Numbered from the stretch's first letter, positions 34,340-46,019 are shown. The stretch is 64,000 nucleotides of DNA from 'Waltheria sp.' little leaf phytoplasma (GCA_032886695.1 JAUZJE010000001.1:80388-144387); one strand, 5' to 3'. Notes: a model not told the origin generated them from the sequence alone. Numbers and translations are program-made.

Positions 34340-34739
34340 ATTTTATTTCATTTGTTAAAATAAAATTTTTTTAAAAATATATAAATCATAAATACCTCCA
34401 CAAGTTTATAAAATTTATAAAAAATCCCAAAATTATTAAAAATATTTCGATTATTTAAAAATTACTTATAAAAAATAAATCAAAATAATTATTATATATT
34501 TTCTTAAAGAAAAAAATCTTAAAAAATCAACAATATAATCTGAAAAAAATTTTTTTTTGAAATAAAAATATCTCTTATTTATATTTTATTAAATTATAAA
34601 AATTTTTTAACTCATAAAAATAAAACAATATAAATCAAAAATTTGATTTTTTATAAATATTAAATGTTTAAATTTAATTTAAACAATTTATAAAAATATC
34701 CTTGATAAAACAAAAAAACTTTACAAAAATTAATACAAA

Positions 34740-35166
34740 TGGTGGAGATGAGGGGATTCGAACCCCTGTACAAAATTAATCAGTTTTATTTGTTGTACAT
34801 AATTATTTTGTTTTATAAGATCAAAAACAAACAAAAAATATTTAATAAATGTAAAAATAAAAAATAATTAATTTAATAGTATAATATTTTAATTTTTTAA
34901 ATATCTAATTAATAAATAACCTAGATATCTTCAAAATTAATTAATAAAGCAAAATCAAAAATTATATAAATTCAATTTGCTTACGCTGTTGCGCAAGCCG
35001 TAAAATCTGTTGCAAAATTAGCCAAAAATTTTTTGTTTTTATATTCATTTTGACTAATTTTATTTTCTTTATTGCCGTTTATTAAAAACCTCGAACGTTT
35101 TTACTTGCGTAACCAAGTTATGACAAATAAAACCTTTTAATTTTGGCGAAACCAATAAACATCCCC
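34740..35166 (-). ncRNA. ssrA: tmRNA
   Basis: 5' GGGGATGT and 3' GGGGTTCGAATCCCCTCATCTCCACCA tRNA-Ala-like ends. Internal tag ORF 35076-34981 GNKENKISQNEYKNKKFLANFATDFTACATA*. Confidence 0.93.
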
Positions 35167-35214
35167 ATCTATATTTTAATTTAAAAAAAAATATAATCAA
35201 TAAATAAATATTGA

Positions 35215-35568
35215 TTAATTTTTTTTAATTTTAGGTAATAAAGATGATAAAAATTCACTCTTCAAATTATGTAAAAAAATAAGAGATGAATGAACAAATT
35301 CTAACCAATAATGTAATAATTTATCATAATTGGTGATAACAGTATCTTGGGTTGAAATTTTATTAATTTTAAATTCATATATTGGTTTTTGACTTTGAGG
35401 ATCATCTTCTGTATTATGTACATCATTATTTTTTCTAGTATTATATTCTAGTTTTGTTTTATAAAAAGGTTCATTTTCTACAGCTTTTTGATATAAAAGA
35501 GTTCCACATAAAGCTATACAAATATTAAACATAATAAAAAAAATAATATTAAATAATTTGAAAAACAT
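35215..35568 (-). CDS. Hypothetical small membrane-anchored/secreted protein
   Basis: N-terminal hydrophobic segment; AGAGG RBS upstream. Confidence 0.65.
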   Translation of the reverse strand: MFFKLFNIIFFIMFNICIALCGTLLYQKAVENEPFYKTKLEYNTRKNNDVHNTEDDPQSQKPIYEFKINKISTQDTVITNYDKLLHYWLEFVHSSLIFLHNLKSEFLSSLLPKIKKN

Positions 35569-35703
35569 AATATAAAAACCTCTTTAGAATATTTACATAT
35601 TAAATAAAATTACAAGAACAAAATATATTGATTTTAATTATTTTATTTATCGCTAATCACATAAAGTTTTTTAAAAAAATAAATATATTCATAAAAATTT
35701 AAA

Positions 35704-37062
35704 TTATTTGAAACACCTTAAAGTAGCTAATTGCAACAAACTAAAAGGTTTATTGTAATGAGGATTAAAATAAGAATCAATAGAAAATAAACTTTCAACA
35801 GTCATCTGTTTTTGAATACACAAACTCAAAGTGTTTATTTGTTCTAACAAATTAGATTTAGATAAAATTTGACCACCTAAAATTTTTTTAGTGTCTTTTT
35901 CAAATATAATCTTAAAAATAACTCCGTTATAGTCAGGCATAAACTCAGGTTTATCAGCATCTTTAATAACTTCAAAATCATAATTCAATTTCAATTTTGA
36001 AGCCACATATTCCGTAATCCCCGTAGACGCAATATTAAGTTCATATATTTTAATAGCACTAGTACCTTGAACTCCAGAAAATGCTATTCTATTATTTTTA
36101 ATATTTAAACCTACAACAGTTCCTGTTTTAACAGCATTTGTAGCCAAAGGAATATATTTGTAATCCATTAAAGGATTATATAATACATTAATACAATCAC
36201 CACAAGCATACACATCAGGATGAGAAGTTTGTAAAAATTCATTTACAATAAAAGCACCATTAGGTGATGTTTTTAAATAATTATGAGCGATACTTGAATT
36301 AGGAACAAAACTAATACATAAAATAACCATTTCTGTAGCAAAAATATCTTTATCAGTTTTCACATGAGTAATTAATTCATTCTTAGTAACAAATTGAGAA
36401 ACTTTTTGTCCTAAAGCTAAATGAACATGATTATTTATAAATTGTTGTTGAGCAGGTTCAGTAAATTCAACATCTAAATATTTAGACATAATTCTATCTT
36501 CAGCATCAATTAAAACAACTTTTTTGTTTTGCAAAGAAAAAGCTTCAGCTAACTCAACACCAATATAACCAGCACCTATAATAGTAATATTGTCAACATT
36601 ATGAGCATATTTAATAATTTCATTCGCATGCTCAAAATTTTTGCATAAAAACAAGTTTTTAGAATTAATTCCTTCTAATTTCGGAATTACTGGCCAAGAA
36701 CCTGTAGATAAAATTAATTTATCAAAATAATCAAAAAATTCTTTATTAGTTTTTAAATTTTTAACCCAAATTTTTTTTTGATCAAAATCAATCTGTAAAA
36801 CTTCGTGTTCTAAACACATATTTATCCCTAATGCAGACAATTCTTGAGCATTAGAATAAAATAAACCTTTTTTATCTTGAACAACTCCACCAATATATAA
36901 AGCTATACCACAAGATAAAAACGAAACATTATTATTTCTTTCGTAAACAGTAATATCGATATTATCATATGGATAAGTTTTTCGAATAGTTTTAACAGCT
37001 GCAGTACCTGAATGAGTACAACCAACCACTATAACTTTCATCTTTTCATTCATTAATATCAC
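35704..37062 (-). CDS. nox: H2O-forming NADH oxidase (FAD-dependent)
   Basis: VVGCTHSG, SFLSCG redox cysteine, GAGYIG, YACGDC, FNPHYNKP. Confidence 0.93.
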   Translation of the reverse strand: MILMNEKMKVIVVGCTHSGTAAVKTIRKTYPYDNIDITVYERNNNVSFLSCGIALYIGGVVQDKKGLFYSNAQELSALGINMCLEHEVLQIDFDQKKIWVKNLKTNKEFFDYFDKLILSTGSWPVIPKLEGINSKNLFLCKNFEHANEIIKYAHNVDNITIIGAGYIGVELAEAFSLQNKKVVLIDAEDRIMSKYLDVEFTEPAQQQFINNHVHLALGQKVSQFVTKNELITHVKTDKDIFATEMVILCISFVPNSSIAHNYLKTSPNGAFIVNEFLQTSHPDVYACGDCINVLYNPLMDYKYIPLATNAVKTGTVVGLNIKNNRIAFSGVQGTSAIKIYELNIASTGITEYVASKLKLNYDFEVIKDADKPEFMPDYNGVIFKIIFEKDTKKILGGQILSKSNLLEQINTLSLCIQKQMTVESLFSIDSYFNPHYNKPFSLLQLATLRCFK

Positions 37063-37194
37063 CTTTTCATCTATTAAAATTCTTTTTATAAGTTTCCGTT
37101 ATTTTAGTTTTTATAAATAATTAATTATAAAAGATATACAATTAAATTATAACATATATAAAAAATTAATTTATAATTTAAAATTAACAAAATC

Positions 37195-40100
37195 TTATTC
37201 TAAAGGTAATTGTTTAATTAAATTTAAATCATGAAATTTTTTTAAAATTGTTTTATTCAATTTAACTCGTTTTTCAAAATCTTGTTGTGTGAATAATTTT
37301 TCACCACGCGCTTTAACAATATTATTAGCCCCTACCTGACCTAAACCATCAATAGTAATAAAAGGCATAATTAAAGAATTAGATGATAATTCCATCACAA
37401 ATAAATTAGCTTCGGATTTATTCAAATCAATAGGTAAAAAATTATAACCTCTATCTTTCATTTCTTTAGCAATTTTTAAAGTATGCAATTTTTCTTTTTG
37501 AACTAATGTCATCTTTTTTTTATTAATTTTGTCAGATTTTTCTAATTTATCAACAATAGAATTTATTTTATCAGATGACAACATCATATTATCATAATCA
37601 AATTGCGAAACTCTAGTAGAAAAATAACCTTTATAAAAAAGTAAAGGAGCATGAACCTTAAACCAAGCTATTCGTAAAGCCATTAAAACATAAGCGGCAG
37701 CATGGGGTTTTGGAAAAAGATATTGAATTTTTTGTAAAGACTCGATATACCAATCATCTACATTATGTTCGCGCATAATTTGAGATAGTTTTTGCCATTT
37801 TTGTATATCATTATTTTGTTGCCCCTTACGAACTAATTCCATAATTTCAAAAGCAATCAATTTTTCCAAACCTTTAGAAATTAAGTAATTTAAAATATCA
37901 TCACGACAAGTAATCAAATCAAAAATACTTTTATTTTTTTTTAAATGATCTTGAGCATTACCTGACCAAACACCAGTACCATGAGATAAACCTGATACTT
38001 TAACTAAAGTAGAAAAATTAAATTTAAAATTAAATTTTTTGCCTTCTGAATTGATTTCTTTCAACATATCACGAACAAAAGGTGTTCCGAATTCAGGAAT
38101 TGCTCGAGAAGTTTGGCAGTTCGATTTATTAGAAAAAAATTCATAAACTTGTGGATCATCGACAGGAATATCTTGAAATTTTCGAAAAGGAAAATAAGAA
38201 GGATTTTGAAGAACATCATCCATTAAAAACTTAATCAAAGTAGGATCATCATGACCCAAAATATCTAACTTAAATAAATTTTTTTCTAAAGCATGATAAT
38301 CAAAATGAGTAGTTTTCCATTCAGAAGAAGTATCATTAGCAGGAAATTGAATAGGGGTAACATCATATATAGATAAACCTTTAGGAACAATCACAATGCC
38401 ACCAGGATGTTGACCTGTAGAACGTTTTACCCCTTCAATCATTATCGCTCTACGATCTTTTTCGTTATCACTTATTGCAATTTGTTTTTCCTCCATAAAA
38501 GATCTAATATAACCATAAGCATTTTGTTTCGCTACAGTTTGAATAGTTCCAACCCGAAATACACAACTTTCACCTAATAACTCTCTAAAATAATTATGAA
38601 TTTTATTTTGATAATCTCCAGAAAAATTTAAATCAATATCAGGTTTTCTATTACCACCGAAACCTAAAAAGGTTTCAAAAGGAATATCTTGACCATCTTT
38701 AATAAGAATTTTACCACAAATAGAACAACTTTCTTTAGGTAAATCATAACCTGAAAATACATTTGTAAAATGTTTTTGATATTTTTGTATATCAATAACA
38801 AAAGAATATGATTTTAAATAATTTTGATATTCAATATTTTGAAGTTCGGTTAAACTCATTTTCATAATAATATATTTACAAATAGCACAACGATAATGCG
38901 GAGGTAGAGGATTGATTTCGGTAATACCCAAAATATTAGCTATTAAAGAAGCCCCCACAGAACCTCGAGAACCCACTGGATAACCATCTTCAGTTGATTT
39001 TTTTACTAATAAATAGGATAAATAATAAATTGCGACAATATTATTATTTTCTAAATTATCTTTAGGAGCAATTACAGATAATTCTTGTTCAATCCTATCT
39101 TTAACATTAGAAGGTAATGAATTGCCGTATAAATTAAAAATTTTTTCATTAATCAAAACCATCATTTCAGCTCTAATACTAGAAATTTTTAAATTTTTCA
39201 AAAACATATCATCAGGAATATTAAAAAGTTGATTAGAAAAAAATTGAAATTTTTCAATTTGTTGATTTAATAAATGAGTATTATTGATTACGATATCTTG
39301 TTTTAATTGTGTATCATTAATAAAATCAAAAGCATTTAACATTTCTTGAGTAGTTAAAAAATGATTATCAGGCAAATATTGTGAAGGATATTTTGAAAGA
39401 CGGTGTATACCGCCACCAATTAATTTCGCATTAATATAAACTTCACGTAAAACTTTTTCGTAAGAATATAAATAATGAACATCGCCAGTAGCTATAATAA
39501 TTTTATTTTGTTTCCGAGCTTCTTTAATAATTTTCAAAATAGTCTCTTGAATTATAATAAGACCATATGAATTATCATTATCAAATTCTGAAGAACCATT
39601 CAAATCATAAATAATATGACGATAAGCCTGAGGTGGTTGGACTTCAATATAATCATAATAAGAAATAGCTTGAGCTAAATCATATTCATCTTTAGATAAA
39701 GCGATATTAAACACATTACTATCAAAACAACCGCTACCAATTAATAATCCTTCTCTGTATTTTTCAAAATTAGATTTTAATAAACGAGGTTTTTTTATAA
39801 AATCTCTTGTTAGAGCATCACTTATTAAACGAAATAAATTATTATAACCTTTTTTATTTTTAACTATGATATTAACATGATAAGGTCTCTCAAATTTAAT
39901 ATCTAAAGGACCTTGTAAATCATAAAAATTCAATATTTTTTGAGCTTCTAATTGTTCTAACATTTCTAAAAAAACAAGAGCGGTAGCACGGGCATCAAAT
40001 AAAGCGTTATGGTATTGACCTTCTGAATCAAGTTTAATTTTAAAAGATTTAACAATTTTTTCTAAAGAAAAATATTTTAACAAATTATTAAAATGCTTTT

Positions 40101-41727
40101 GAGCTAAAGCTAAAGTATCAATAATAGGTAACAAAGGCCAAGATAAACCAATTTGTTTAGCTACCTCTTGTAAAAATTCAATATCAAAACTAGCATTATG
40201 AGCTACCAAAACACAATCAGGACAATTTTTAATAAAATCTAAAAATTTTGGAAAAATTTCTTTAATATGAGGTTTTTTTAATAAAATATCATTAGAAATA
40301 TTAGTTAATTCCTGAATAAAATGATTAATTTTTATATCTGTCCCAGGATTAATTAATTCATCAAAAAATTCAATAATTTTACCATTTTGAATTTTGACAG
40401 CAGCTATAGAAATTATCCTGTCTCGAACCTTAGAAAAACCAGTGGTTTCAATATCTAAAACTACATAACAATGATTTTTCAACACAAAATCAGCAAATTT
40501 ATCGATATTTATCTCTTGGTTAGTAATAAAAATTGGTTTTTCTTCGACAAAATTTAATTCTACTCCTACAATAGCTTTAATATTTTTATCAGAAATATAT
40601 TTAGAAATTTCTGGAAAAGCATACAAACCATCATGATCTGTAAAAGCAATAGCTTCATGTCCCCATTTTTCCGCTAATTCTATATAATTTTTAGCACTAG
40701 TAATAGCATCTAAATTGGACATTTTAGTATGTATATGAAATTCAATTCGCTTTTTACCAGGGTAATTATCCGTTTTTTTAAAAAAAATAGACGAATAATC
40801 TAAAATTTCATAATCTTCTAAATTAAAATAAAAATTTTTATCTTTATTTTGAATTTTAATAACAACTAATATGAAAATTCCCTCACGAAAAACATTCAGT
40901 AAATCGTCACGTTCCCTTTGAGCTTTTTTTTTATCTTTAGACAAAAATTTTTTAACCCATATAGAATCTTGCAAACTAACAGGATCAACCAAATAAAAAC
41001 TAATCCAATTTTTATAATTATCATAATTAATAAATTGTAAATAACCTTTAATTTTGATTAAATTTAACCTTTCTTCATAAATAATAGGGATTTCTTTAAA
41101 ATTTAATAAAGGAATATTTTGAATCTTATTTTTTATTAGTAATTTTTTGGAAAATTTTTGATTTTCATTTATCTTTTTATTAGTAATATCAGTTGTGCAT
41201 TCCAACAAATCAAAATTAAAATCAAAATATTGCATAAATAAACTTTTTAATTCTAATAATTTTGATTCTAATTGTTTTTCGTCTATGTTTTTCTGTCTTT
41301 TAAATAAACACTTTTTATTATTTATATCCAAAATAGTAGGATTTTTTTGAAAAAAATTTTTTAATTCTTTATCTATATTAAAGTATGCCATAACTTTATC
41401 TAACATATATTGATAATGTTTTTTCCAAATATAATCATCCTTTAACAGATTCCAATCTAGAATACGAAAATGCACATTAATTATAGGTTGTAATTGTACA
41501 AAATTTTCTAAATCTTCACTTAATTTTTTTAAAAAAAAATTTTGAAATTCTTTTTCAAAACATTCAAAATGTGTAGTTTCTTCAGGATATTCTTCTATTT
41601 GGAAAAAACAATCCCAACTATTCATTTGTTTATCATCAACCACAACTTCTATTAATGGAAAATTTGGAATATTTTTATTTTTAATAAATTTTATAAATTT
41701 TGAATAAAACTTCATTATCGATCTCAA
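37195..41727 (-). CDS. polC: DNA polymerase III PolC-type
   Basis: PHP HIHTKMS and TDH, exonuclease DIETTG and AHNASFD, GSRGSVG, PDIDLNF, GQHPGG, YLFPKPHA. Confidence 0.97.
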   Translation of the reverse strand: MRSIMKFYSKFIKFIKNKNIPNFPLIEVVVDDKQMNSWDCFFQIEEYPEETTHFECFEKEFQNFFLKKLSEDLENFVQLQPIINVHFRILDWNLLKDDYIWKKHYQYMLDKVMAYFNIDKELKNFFQKNPTILDINNKKCLFKRQKNIDEKQLESKLLELKSLFMQYFDFNFDLLECTTDITNKKINENQKFSKKLLIKNKIQNIPLLNFKEIPIIYEERLNLIKIKGYLQFINYDNYKNWISFYLVDPVSLQDSIWVKKFLSKDKKKAQRERDDLLNVFREGIFILVVIKIQNKDKNFYFNLEDYEILDYSSIFFKKTDNYPGKKRIEFHIHTKMSNLDAITSAKNYIELAEKWGHEAIAFTDHDGLYAFPEISKYISDKNIKAIVGVELNFVEEKPIFITNQEINIDKFADFVLKNHCYVVLDIETTGFSKVRDRIISIAAVKIQNGKIIEFFDELINPGTDIKINHFIQELTNISNDILLKKPHIKEIFPKFLDFIKNCPDCVLVAHNASFDIEFLQEVAKQIGLSWPLLPIIDTLALAQKHFNNLLKYFSLEKIVKSFKIKLDSEGQYHNALFDARATALVFLEMLEQLEAQKILNFYDLQGPLDIKFERPYHVNIIVKNKKGYNNLFRLISDALTRDFIKKPRLLKSNFEKYREGLLIGSGCFDSNVFNIALSKDEYDLAQAISYYDYIEVQPPQAYRHIIYDLNGSSEFDNDNSYGLIIIQETILKIIKEARKQNKIIIATGDVHYLYSYEKVLREVYINAKLIGGGIHRLSKYPSQYLPDNHFLTTQEMLNAFDFINDTQLKQDIVINNTHLLNQQIEKFQFFSNQLFNIPDDMFLKNLKISSIRAEMMVLINEKIFNLYGNSLPSNVKDRIEQELSVIAPKDNLENNNIVAIYYLSYLLVKKSTEDGYPVGSRGSVGASLIANILGITEINPLPPHYRCAICKYIIMKMSLTELQNIEYQNYLKSYSFVIDIQKYQKHFTNVFSGYDLPKESCSICGKILIKDGQDIPFETFLGFGGNRKPDIDLNFSGDYQNKIHNYFRELLGESCVFRVGTIQTVAKQNAYGYIRSFMEEKQIAISDNEKDRRAIMIEGVKRSTGQHPGGIVIVPKGLSIYDVTPIQFPANDTSSEWKTTHFDYHALEKNLFKLDILGHDDPTLIKFLMDDVLQNPSYFPFRKFQDIPVDDPQVYEFFSNKSNCQTSRAIPEFGTPFVRDMLKEINSEGKKFNFKFNFSTLVKVSGLSHGTGVWSGNAQDHLKKNKSIFDLITCRDDILNYLISKGLEKLIAFEIMELVRKGQQNNDIQKWQKLSQIMREHNVDDWYIESLQKIQYLFPKPHAAAYVLMALRIAWFKVHAPLLFYKGYFSTRVSQFDYDNMMLSSDKINSIVDKLEKSDKINKKKMTLVQKEKLHTLKIAKEMKDRGYNFLPIDLNKSEANLFVMELSSNSLIMPFITIDGLGQVGANNIVKARGEKLFTQQDFEKRVKLNKTILKKFHDLNLIKQLPLE

Positions 41728-41837
41728 CTTAATTTTAATTATTTATTTTTGGTTTATTATTGGAAAATTTCATATATAAAGAAAAAAAACATGAAAAATT
41801 TCATGTCACTTTTAAAAAAATAATTTTTTGGATGGTA

Positions 41838-41925
41838 TGGTACTGATGATCGGACTCGAACCGATATAAGTTTTTCACTTGTTTGATTTTGAGTCAAATG
41901 CGTCTACCAATTCCGCCACATCAGC
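41838..41925 (-). tRNA. tRNA-Leu (CAA)
   Basis: GCTGATGTGGCGGAATTGGTAGACGC, anticodon arm TTTGA-CTCAAAA-TCAAA, long variable arm, GGTTCGAGTCC, encoded CCA. Confidence 0.96.
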
Positions 41926-42229
41926 ATTAATAATAAATCAATTATAATAAATTATTAATTAATACTCACTAACTATAATAAAATTATATCATAACGTCTC
42001 TCGAAAAACTATCTGTAAAAATTTTTTTCTATCTTAAAAAATTTCATAAAAAATCTTTTATTTTTAAATAAAATATAATTCTAATAAATTTCTTAAAATA
42101 AAAAAATAATTTCATAAAAAATTATTCTTCTTTACATAATTAATTTTAAAAATCAATATAATTAAAAAATATAACAATATTAATTTCGATTAAATAAATA
42201 ATGTTTATTTATATCATCATGACTATTTT

Positions 42230-42763
42230 CTAAAAAATAATTATTTTTAAAATTTTAGCATTTTTATAATTTTGATTATTAACAAAATAATATTCTTTAT
42301 TAGATCCTAAATAAAAAGTATCTTCTTGTTTCAATAAATAATGTAATTTATCTAAAATTAAAAAAATCTCTCCCTCCAAAACAAAAAAAAACTCATGATA
42401 AATAGATTTAAGTTGTATTTCAGTTTGACCTTGGGGTTTAAGTTCAATAATAATCGGTTCTATTTTAAATTTATCTAAATTTTTAAAAATATGATAAATT
42501 TTATTTTTCAAATGGAGATTATACTGAATATTAAAGTCTGTTTTTTTATTAATTGCCATCATAGATTCTTCATGTTGAAAAAAATCTACTATTGAAACTT
42601 TAAAAATTTTTAACATTAAAAACAAAGTATTTAGAGAAGGTAATATTAAATTATTTTCAATCTGCGAAATATAGCCTGTGGTCATATTAATTTTTTGCGC
42701 TAATTCTCTTTGAGTTAATTTTTGTTGCAATCTCAAATTTCGAATTTTATCACCTATGTACAT
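42230..42763 (-). CDS. XRE-family HTH / cupin transcriptional regulator
   Basis: IRNLR..LTQRELA...ISQIENN...PSL followed by cupin HEFFFVLEG. Confidence 0.88.
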   Translation of the reverse strand: MYIGDKIRNLRLQQKLTQRELAQKINMTTGYISQIENNLILPSLNTLFLMLKIFKVSIVDFFQHEESMMAINKKTDFNIQYNLHLKNKIYHIFKNLDKFKIEPIIIELKPQGQTEIQLKSIYHEFFFVLEGEIFLILDKLHYLLKQEDTFYLGSNKEYYFVNNQNYKNAKILKIIIF

Positions 42764-42807
42764 ATTCTTTTAATTTCCTTGTATATTGTAATCAAATAAT
42801 ATAAATT

Positions 42808-45800
42808 TTAAATACCAAAGATTTGAATTAATTTCTTATATAATTGCATAAATTTAATCACCATTTTTTTTTTCAAAATAATTAAATCTTTTTTATAATC
42901 TTTTTGTAAAATTCGTTTGTTTTGATAAAATTTATACCACCAAAAAAATTTCCAAATAATTAAACGCATTTTTTTCAAAAACAATATCTTTTTAATTTTG
43001 AATTGTTGATAAACTTTAATTTTATTAATCCGATCCAATAATCGATTATTGTTTGCAATAATTTCTTTCTGTTTCTTCAAATGTTGAAATAAAATTTTAT
43101 CTATTTCATCCTTTTGTTGCATCTTAAAAAGATTATTACGATGATTTTGATCTTTTAAAGATTTTTGATAAAGATATAATTGATTTTTGTATTCAGAAGT
43201 AATTTTTTTATTTTTATTATCATATGTTAGTTTAATTTTTTGATTTTGAGTTATAAAATCTTGATCTATTTCGGTTAAAGAATCTTTTAAATTATCTTGG
43301 ATTAAATCTATTTGACGTTTCATTTCTTTTAATTTTAATTTATTTTGTTTTTCATATAAACTAATCTCATGACGAATTTGTTTTGCTTGTTTTTGATATT
43401 TAATTATAATCTCATTTAAACTATCATCATGCATTATTCTAGTAATATCGAAAAAAACCTGAGAAATACAATCAATAATATATTCACTTTCTTTTAATAA
43501 AAAATGTTTTTCTTCTGATTGATTTTTTTGTATATGAAAAATTTCTTCCTTAATATCGTTATATTCTTGCATAAAAAAAAATCTAGGTGATTCTAAATGA
43601 TCATAATAATATAACCATTTCTTTTTCATTTTATTGAGATAAAATGAAGATAAAATACGATGCCAAAATTTAGAATTAGAAAAACCTCCAAGTTTAACAG
43701 TCAATTGAAACATTTGGTATTGTAATAAATTATTAGTTTGCACAAAACAATTTTGTTGTTGTTTCAATTTATTAGTTATTTTTTCTTTTGATTGCTGATG
43801 TTTATTTTGTTGATATTCTAAATATTTCATTTTTTTTTTAAAAAAATTTCCTATATTTTCATAAATTTTCATTTTTTTTTCAAAAAAAACTAAAAATTTT
43901 GTATTTTTATCCAAATTTTTCAATTTCATTCGATGCATTAATACACTAATAAAAGAAATATTTTGATTATAAAAATTTAAAATCACTTTATTCAAATTAA
44001 TTTGTTGTTTTATCTTGTTCAATCTTAAATCAATCATATTTATTTTCAATAAATAAAGATATTTAAAATGTTCTTCTATAACTTTTTCTACAAAAATTTT
44101 ATTTAATTTATAAATTAAATGTAAATGAATCATAAAAAAACTCTTATTAATTGTTTTTAAATACAAATGCCAAAAAAGATCTAATTGTTCTTTTATTTGT
44201 TGCAAAATTTTCAAATGTGTTTGATTTTGTTTATTTAAATAATTATTAAATAATAAAGCATTTATTAAATTTTTTTGTTTAATAAAATTATTTTTAGCAA
44301 TAATATCTCTAATTTTAATTTTTGGTATTTCCACTTTATAAAAATAATTTTGTTTTTTTTGTTTATAAATAATATTTTTTAAATTTATTTCATATTCTTG
44401 ATGATAATGTAGATTAGAGAGTTTTTCTTTTAATTTTTGTATTTCTTGAAGATTTTGCAAAATTTCGTGATCATATTTCGTTTTTAAAGGAATTTTTGTT
44501 ATTTGCAATTGCATCTTAAGTAAAAATTTACGTTCTTGAATTTGATTCTGTAATAATAATATATCTTTTTGATATTGTATATCATTCAATTTTTCGATTA
44601 AAATAAAATTTTTGCGCAAATGTTCGTGAGATAATTTTTGTTTATGTTGTTCATCTATAACTTCTTCTTTAATAATGCCATATTTTTTTTTTATTTTTAA
44701 TAAAATTAAGTCCACTTCCAAATTATCAATTTTTTGCAAATAATTATTATAAATTAATTTGTGTTCTTGTTTTTGAATTAAATCAAAATTATTAATCTGA
44801 AAATTTTTTATTTTTTGGAAAATTTGTTTATTATATTCGACAATATTTAACTTTCGATTATAAATAAATTTAAATTTCATATATTGAAAACGCCACTCAT
44901 ATAAACGCATAAAATACATTCGTTGATAAACAAAAAAATCTCGCATTAAATGTGTCATTATAGGATAACTATTTATAAACATCGGTTGAATAAAAAAAAA
45001 TCCCCTTATACCTTGATTCCAAATATTATGTTTTTTTTGAAAAATTATTTCTTGTTTTTCTATAAATTCCATTTTCAATTGATCAAAAATTTTATTATGC
45101 ATTTCTATTTCGTGTTGTAACAAATTAAAAGAATTTTTGATTTCTTCGGAAAAATCTATCTCTTGTTGCCTTTGTTGTTCTTGTGTTTGTTGAATTTGTT
45201 TTTGGTAAAAATTTTTCATATTTTCTAAAGAATGATTAAAAATATCTTTTAATTGTTTAATTTTTTGATTTAAAATGATAATTTTTTGATGAAAAAAATC
45301 ATAAATATCTGAAATATTTTTTTGATATTTTTTATTAACTTGAGAATATTTTTCTGTAAAAAAATCATTTTGTTCCATTTGTTCTTTGTATACTTCTTTT
45401 TCCAAAAAATTTAATTTTTCCAAAACAAGATGGCATGTACAATTCAATTTATCTTTTTGAATATTATATTCTTTAATTATTCGATCTTTTTGTAAAACAC
45501 TTTGTTGTTTTCTTTTTATAAACTCTTGATTTAAAGAAATTTCTTTATTAATTGTATTTAACTTTGATTTTTCTAAATTTTTACTGAGTTGTTGTCTCAA
45601 ATTATCTACATTATAATGGTAATCTACATTTAATTGTGGAATATTAGACGCAAATTGAGGAGTTAAATTTGTATGAGGATTAGCACTATAAATAGGCAAA
45701 AAAATCAAAAAATCTTTCATATAATTATCATTGAATAAATTTATTTGTTGAATTTCTTGACACAAATTAATTAGTTTTTGAATTAACAAATCTATTATAG

Positions 45801-45864
45801 GATCATATTTTTTTACATTATCTAAACAATTAATATCATCATTTTTAAATTTTTTTTGACGCAT
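42808..45864 (-). CDS. Large Gln/Lys-rich coiled-coil hypothetical protein (1018 aa)
   Basis: Long uninterrupted ORF, heptad-rich, no Walker motifs; AAGGGGA RBS upstream. Confidence 0.75.
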   Translation of the reverse strand: MRQKKFKNDDINCLDNVKKYDPIIDLLIQKLINLCQEIQQINLFNDNYMKDFLIFLPIYSANPHTNLTPQFASNIPQLNVDYHYNVDNLRQQLSKNLEKSKLNTINKEISLNQEFIKRKQQSVLQKDRIIKEYNIQKDKLNCTCHLVLEKLNFLEKEVYKEQMEQNDFFTEKYSQVNKKYQKNISDIYDFFHQKIIILNQKIKQLKDIFNHSLENMKNFYQKQIQQTQEQQRQQEIDFSEEIKNSFNLLQHEIEMHNKIFDQLKMEFIEKQEIIFQKKHNIWNQGIRGFFFIQPMFINSYPIMTHLMRDFFVYQRMYFMRLYEWRFQYMKFKFIYNRKLNIVEYNKQIFQKIKNFQINNFDLIQKQEHKLIYNNYLQKIDNLEVDLILLKIKKKYGIIKEEVIDEQHKQKLSHEHLRKNFILIEKLNDIQYQKDILLLQNQIQERKFLLKMQLQITKIPLKTKYDHEILQNLQEIQKLKEKLSNLHYHQEYEINLKNIIYKQKKQNYFYKVEIPKIKIRDIIAKNNFIKQKNLINALLFNNYLNKQNQTHLKILQQIKEQLDLFWHLYLKTINKSFFMIHLHLIYKLNKIFVEKVIEEHFKYLYLLKINMIDLRLNKIKQQINLNKVILNFYNQNISFISVLMHRMKLKNLDKNTKFLVFFEKKMKIYENIGNFFKKKMKYLEYQQNKHQQSKEKITNKLKQQQNCFVQTNNLLQYQMFQLTVKLGGFSNSKFWHRILSSFYLNKMKKKWLYYYDHLESPRFFFMQEYNDIKEEIFHIQKNQSEEKHFLLKESEYIIDCISQVFFDITRIMHDDSLNEIIIKYQKQAKQIRHEISLYEKQNKLKLKEMKRQIDLIQDNLKDSLTEIDQDFITQNQKIKLTYDNKNKKITSEYKNQLYLYQKSLKDQNHRNNLFKMQQKDEIDKILFQHLKKQKEIIANNNRLLDRINKIKVYQQFKIKKILFLKKMRLIIWKFFWWYKFYQNKRILQKDYKKDLIILKKKMVIKFMQLYKKLIQIFGI

Positions 45865-46019
45865 TATATTAAAAAAATCCCCTTAAAGAAATATTATCAC
45901 TTGAACTTATTATATATTTGATTTTTTACTTTTAACAATAAAATTACATATTAGAAAAAAATAATAAATGCTATTTTATAAAAAACTTAAAAATAATAAT
46001 TAATCAACATATTATTACA

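Noticed and set aside
41833-41842. TACCA repeated after the tRNA-Leu 3' end as a possible attachment-site scar
   Set aside because: Only 5 bp, and no integrase or matching att site in the window.
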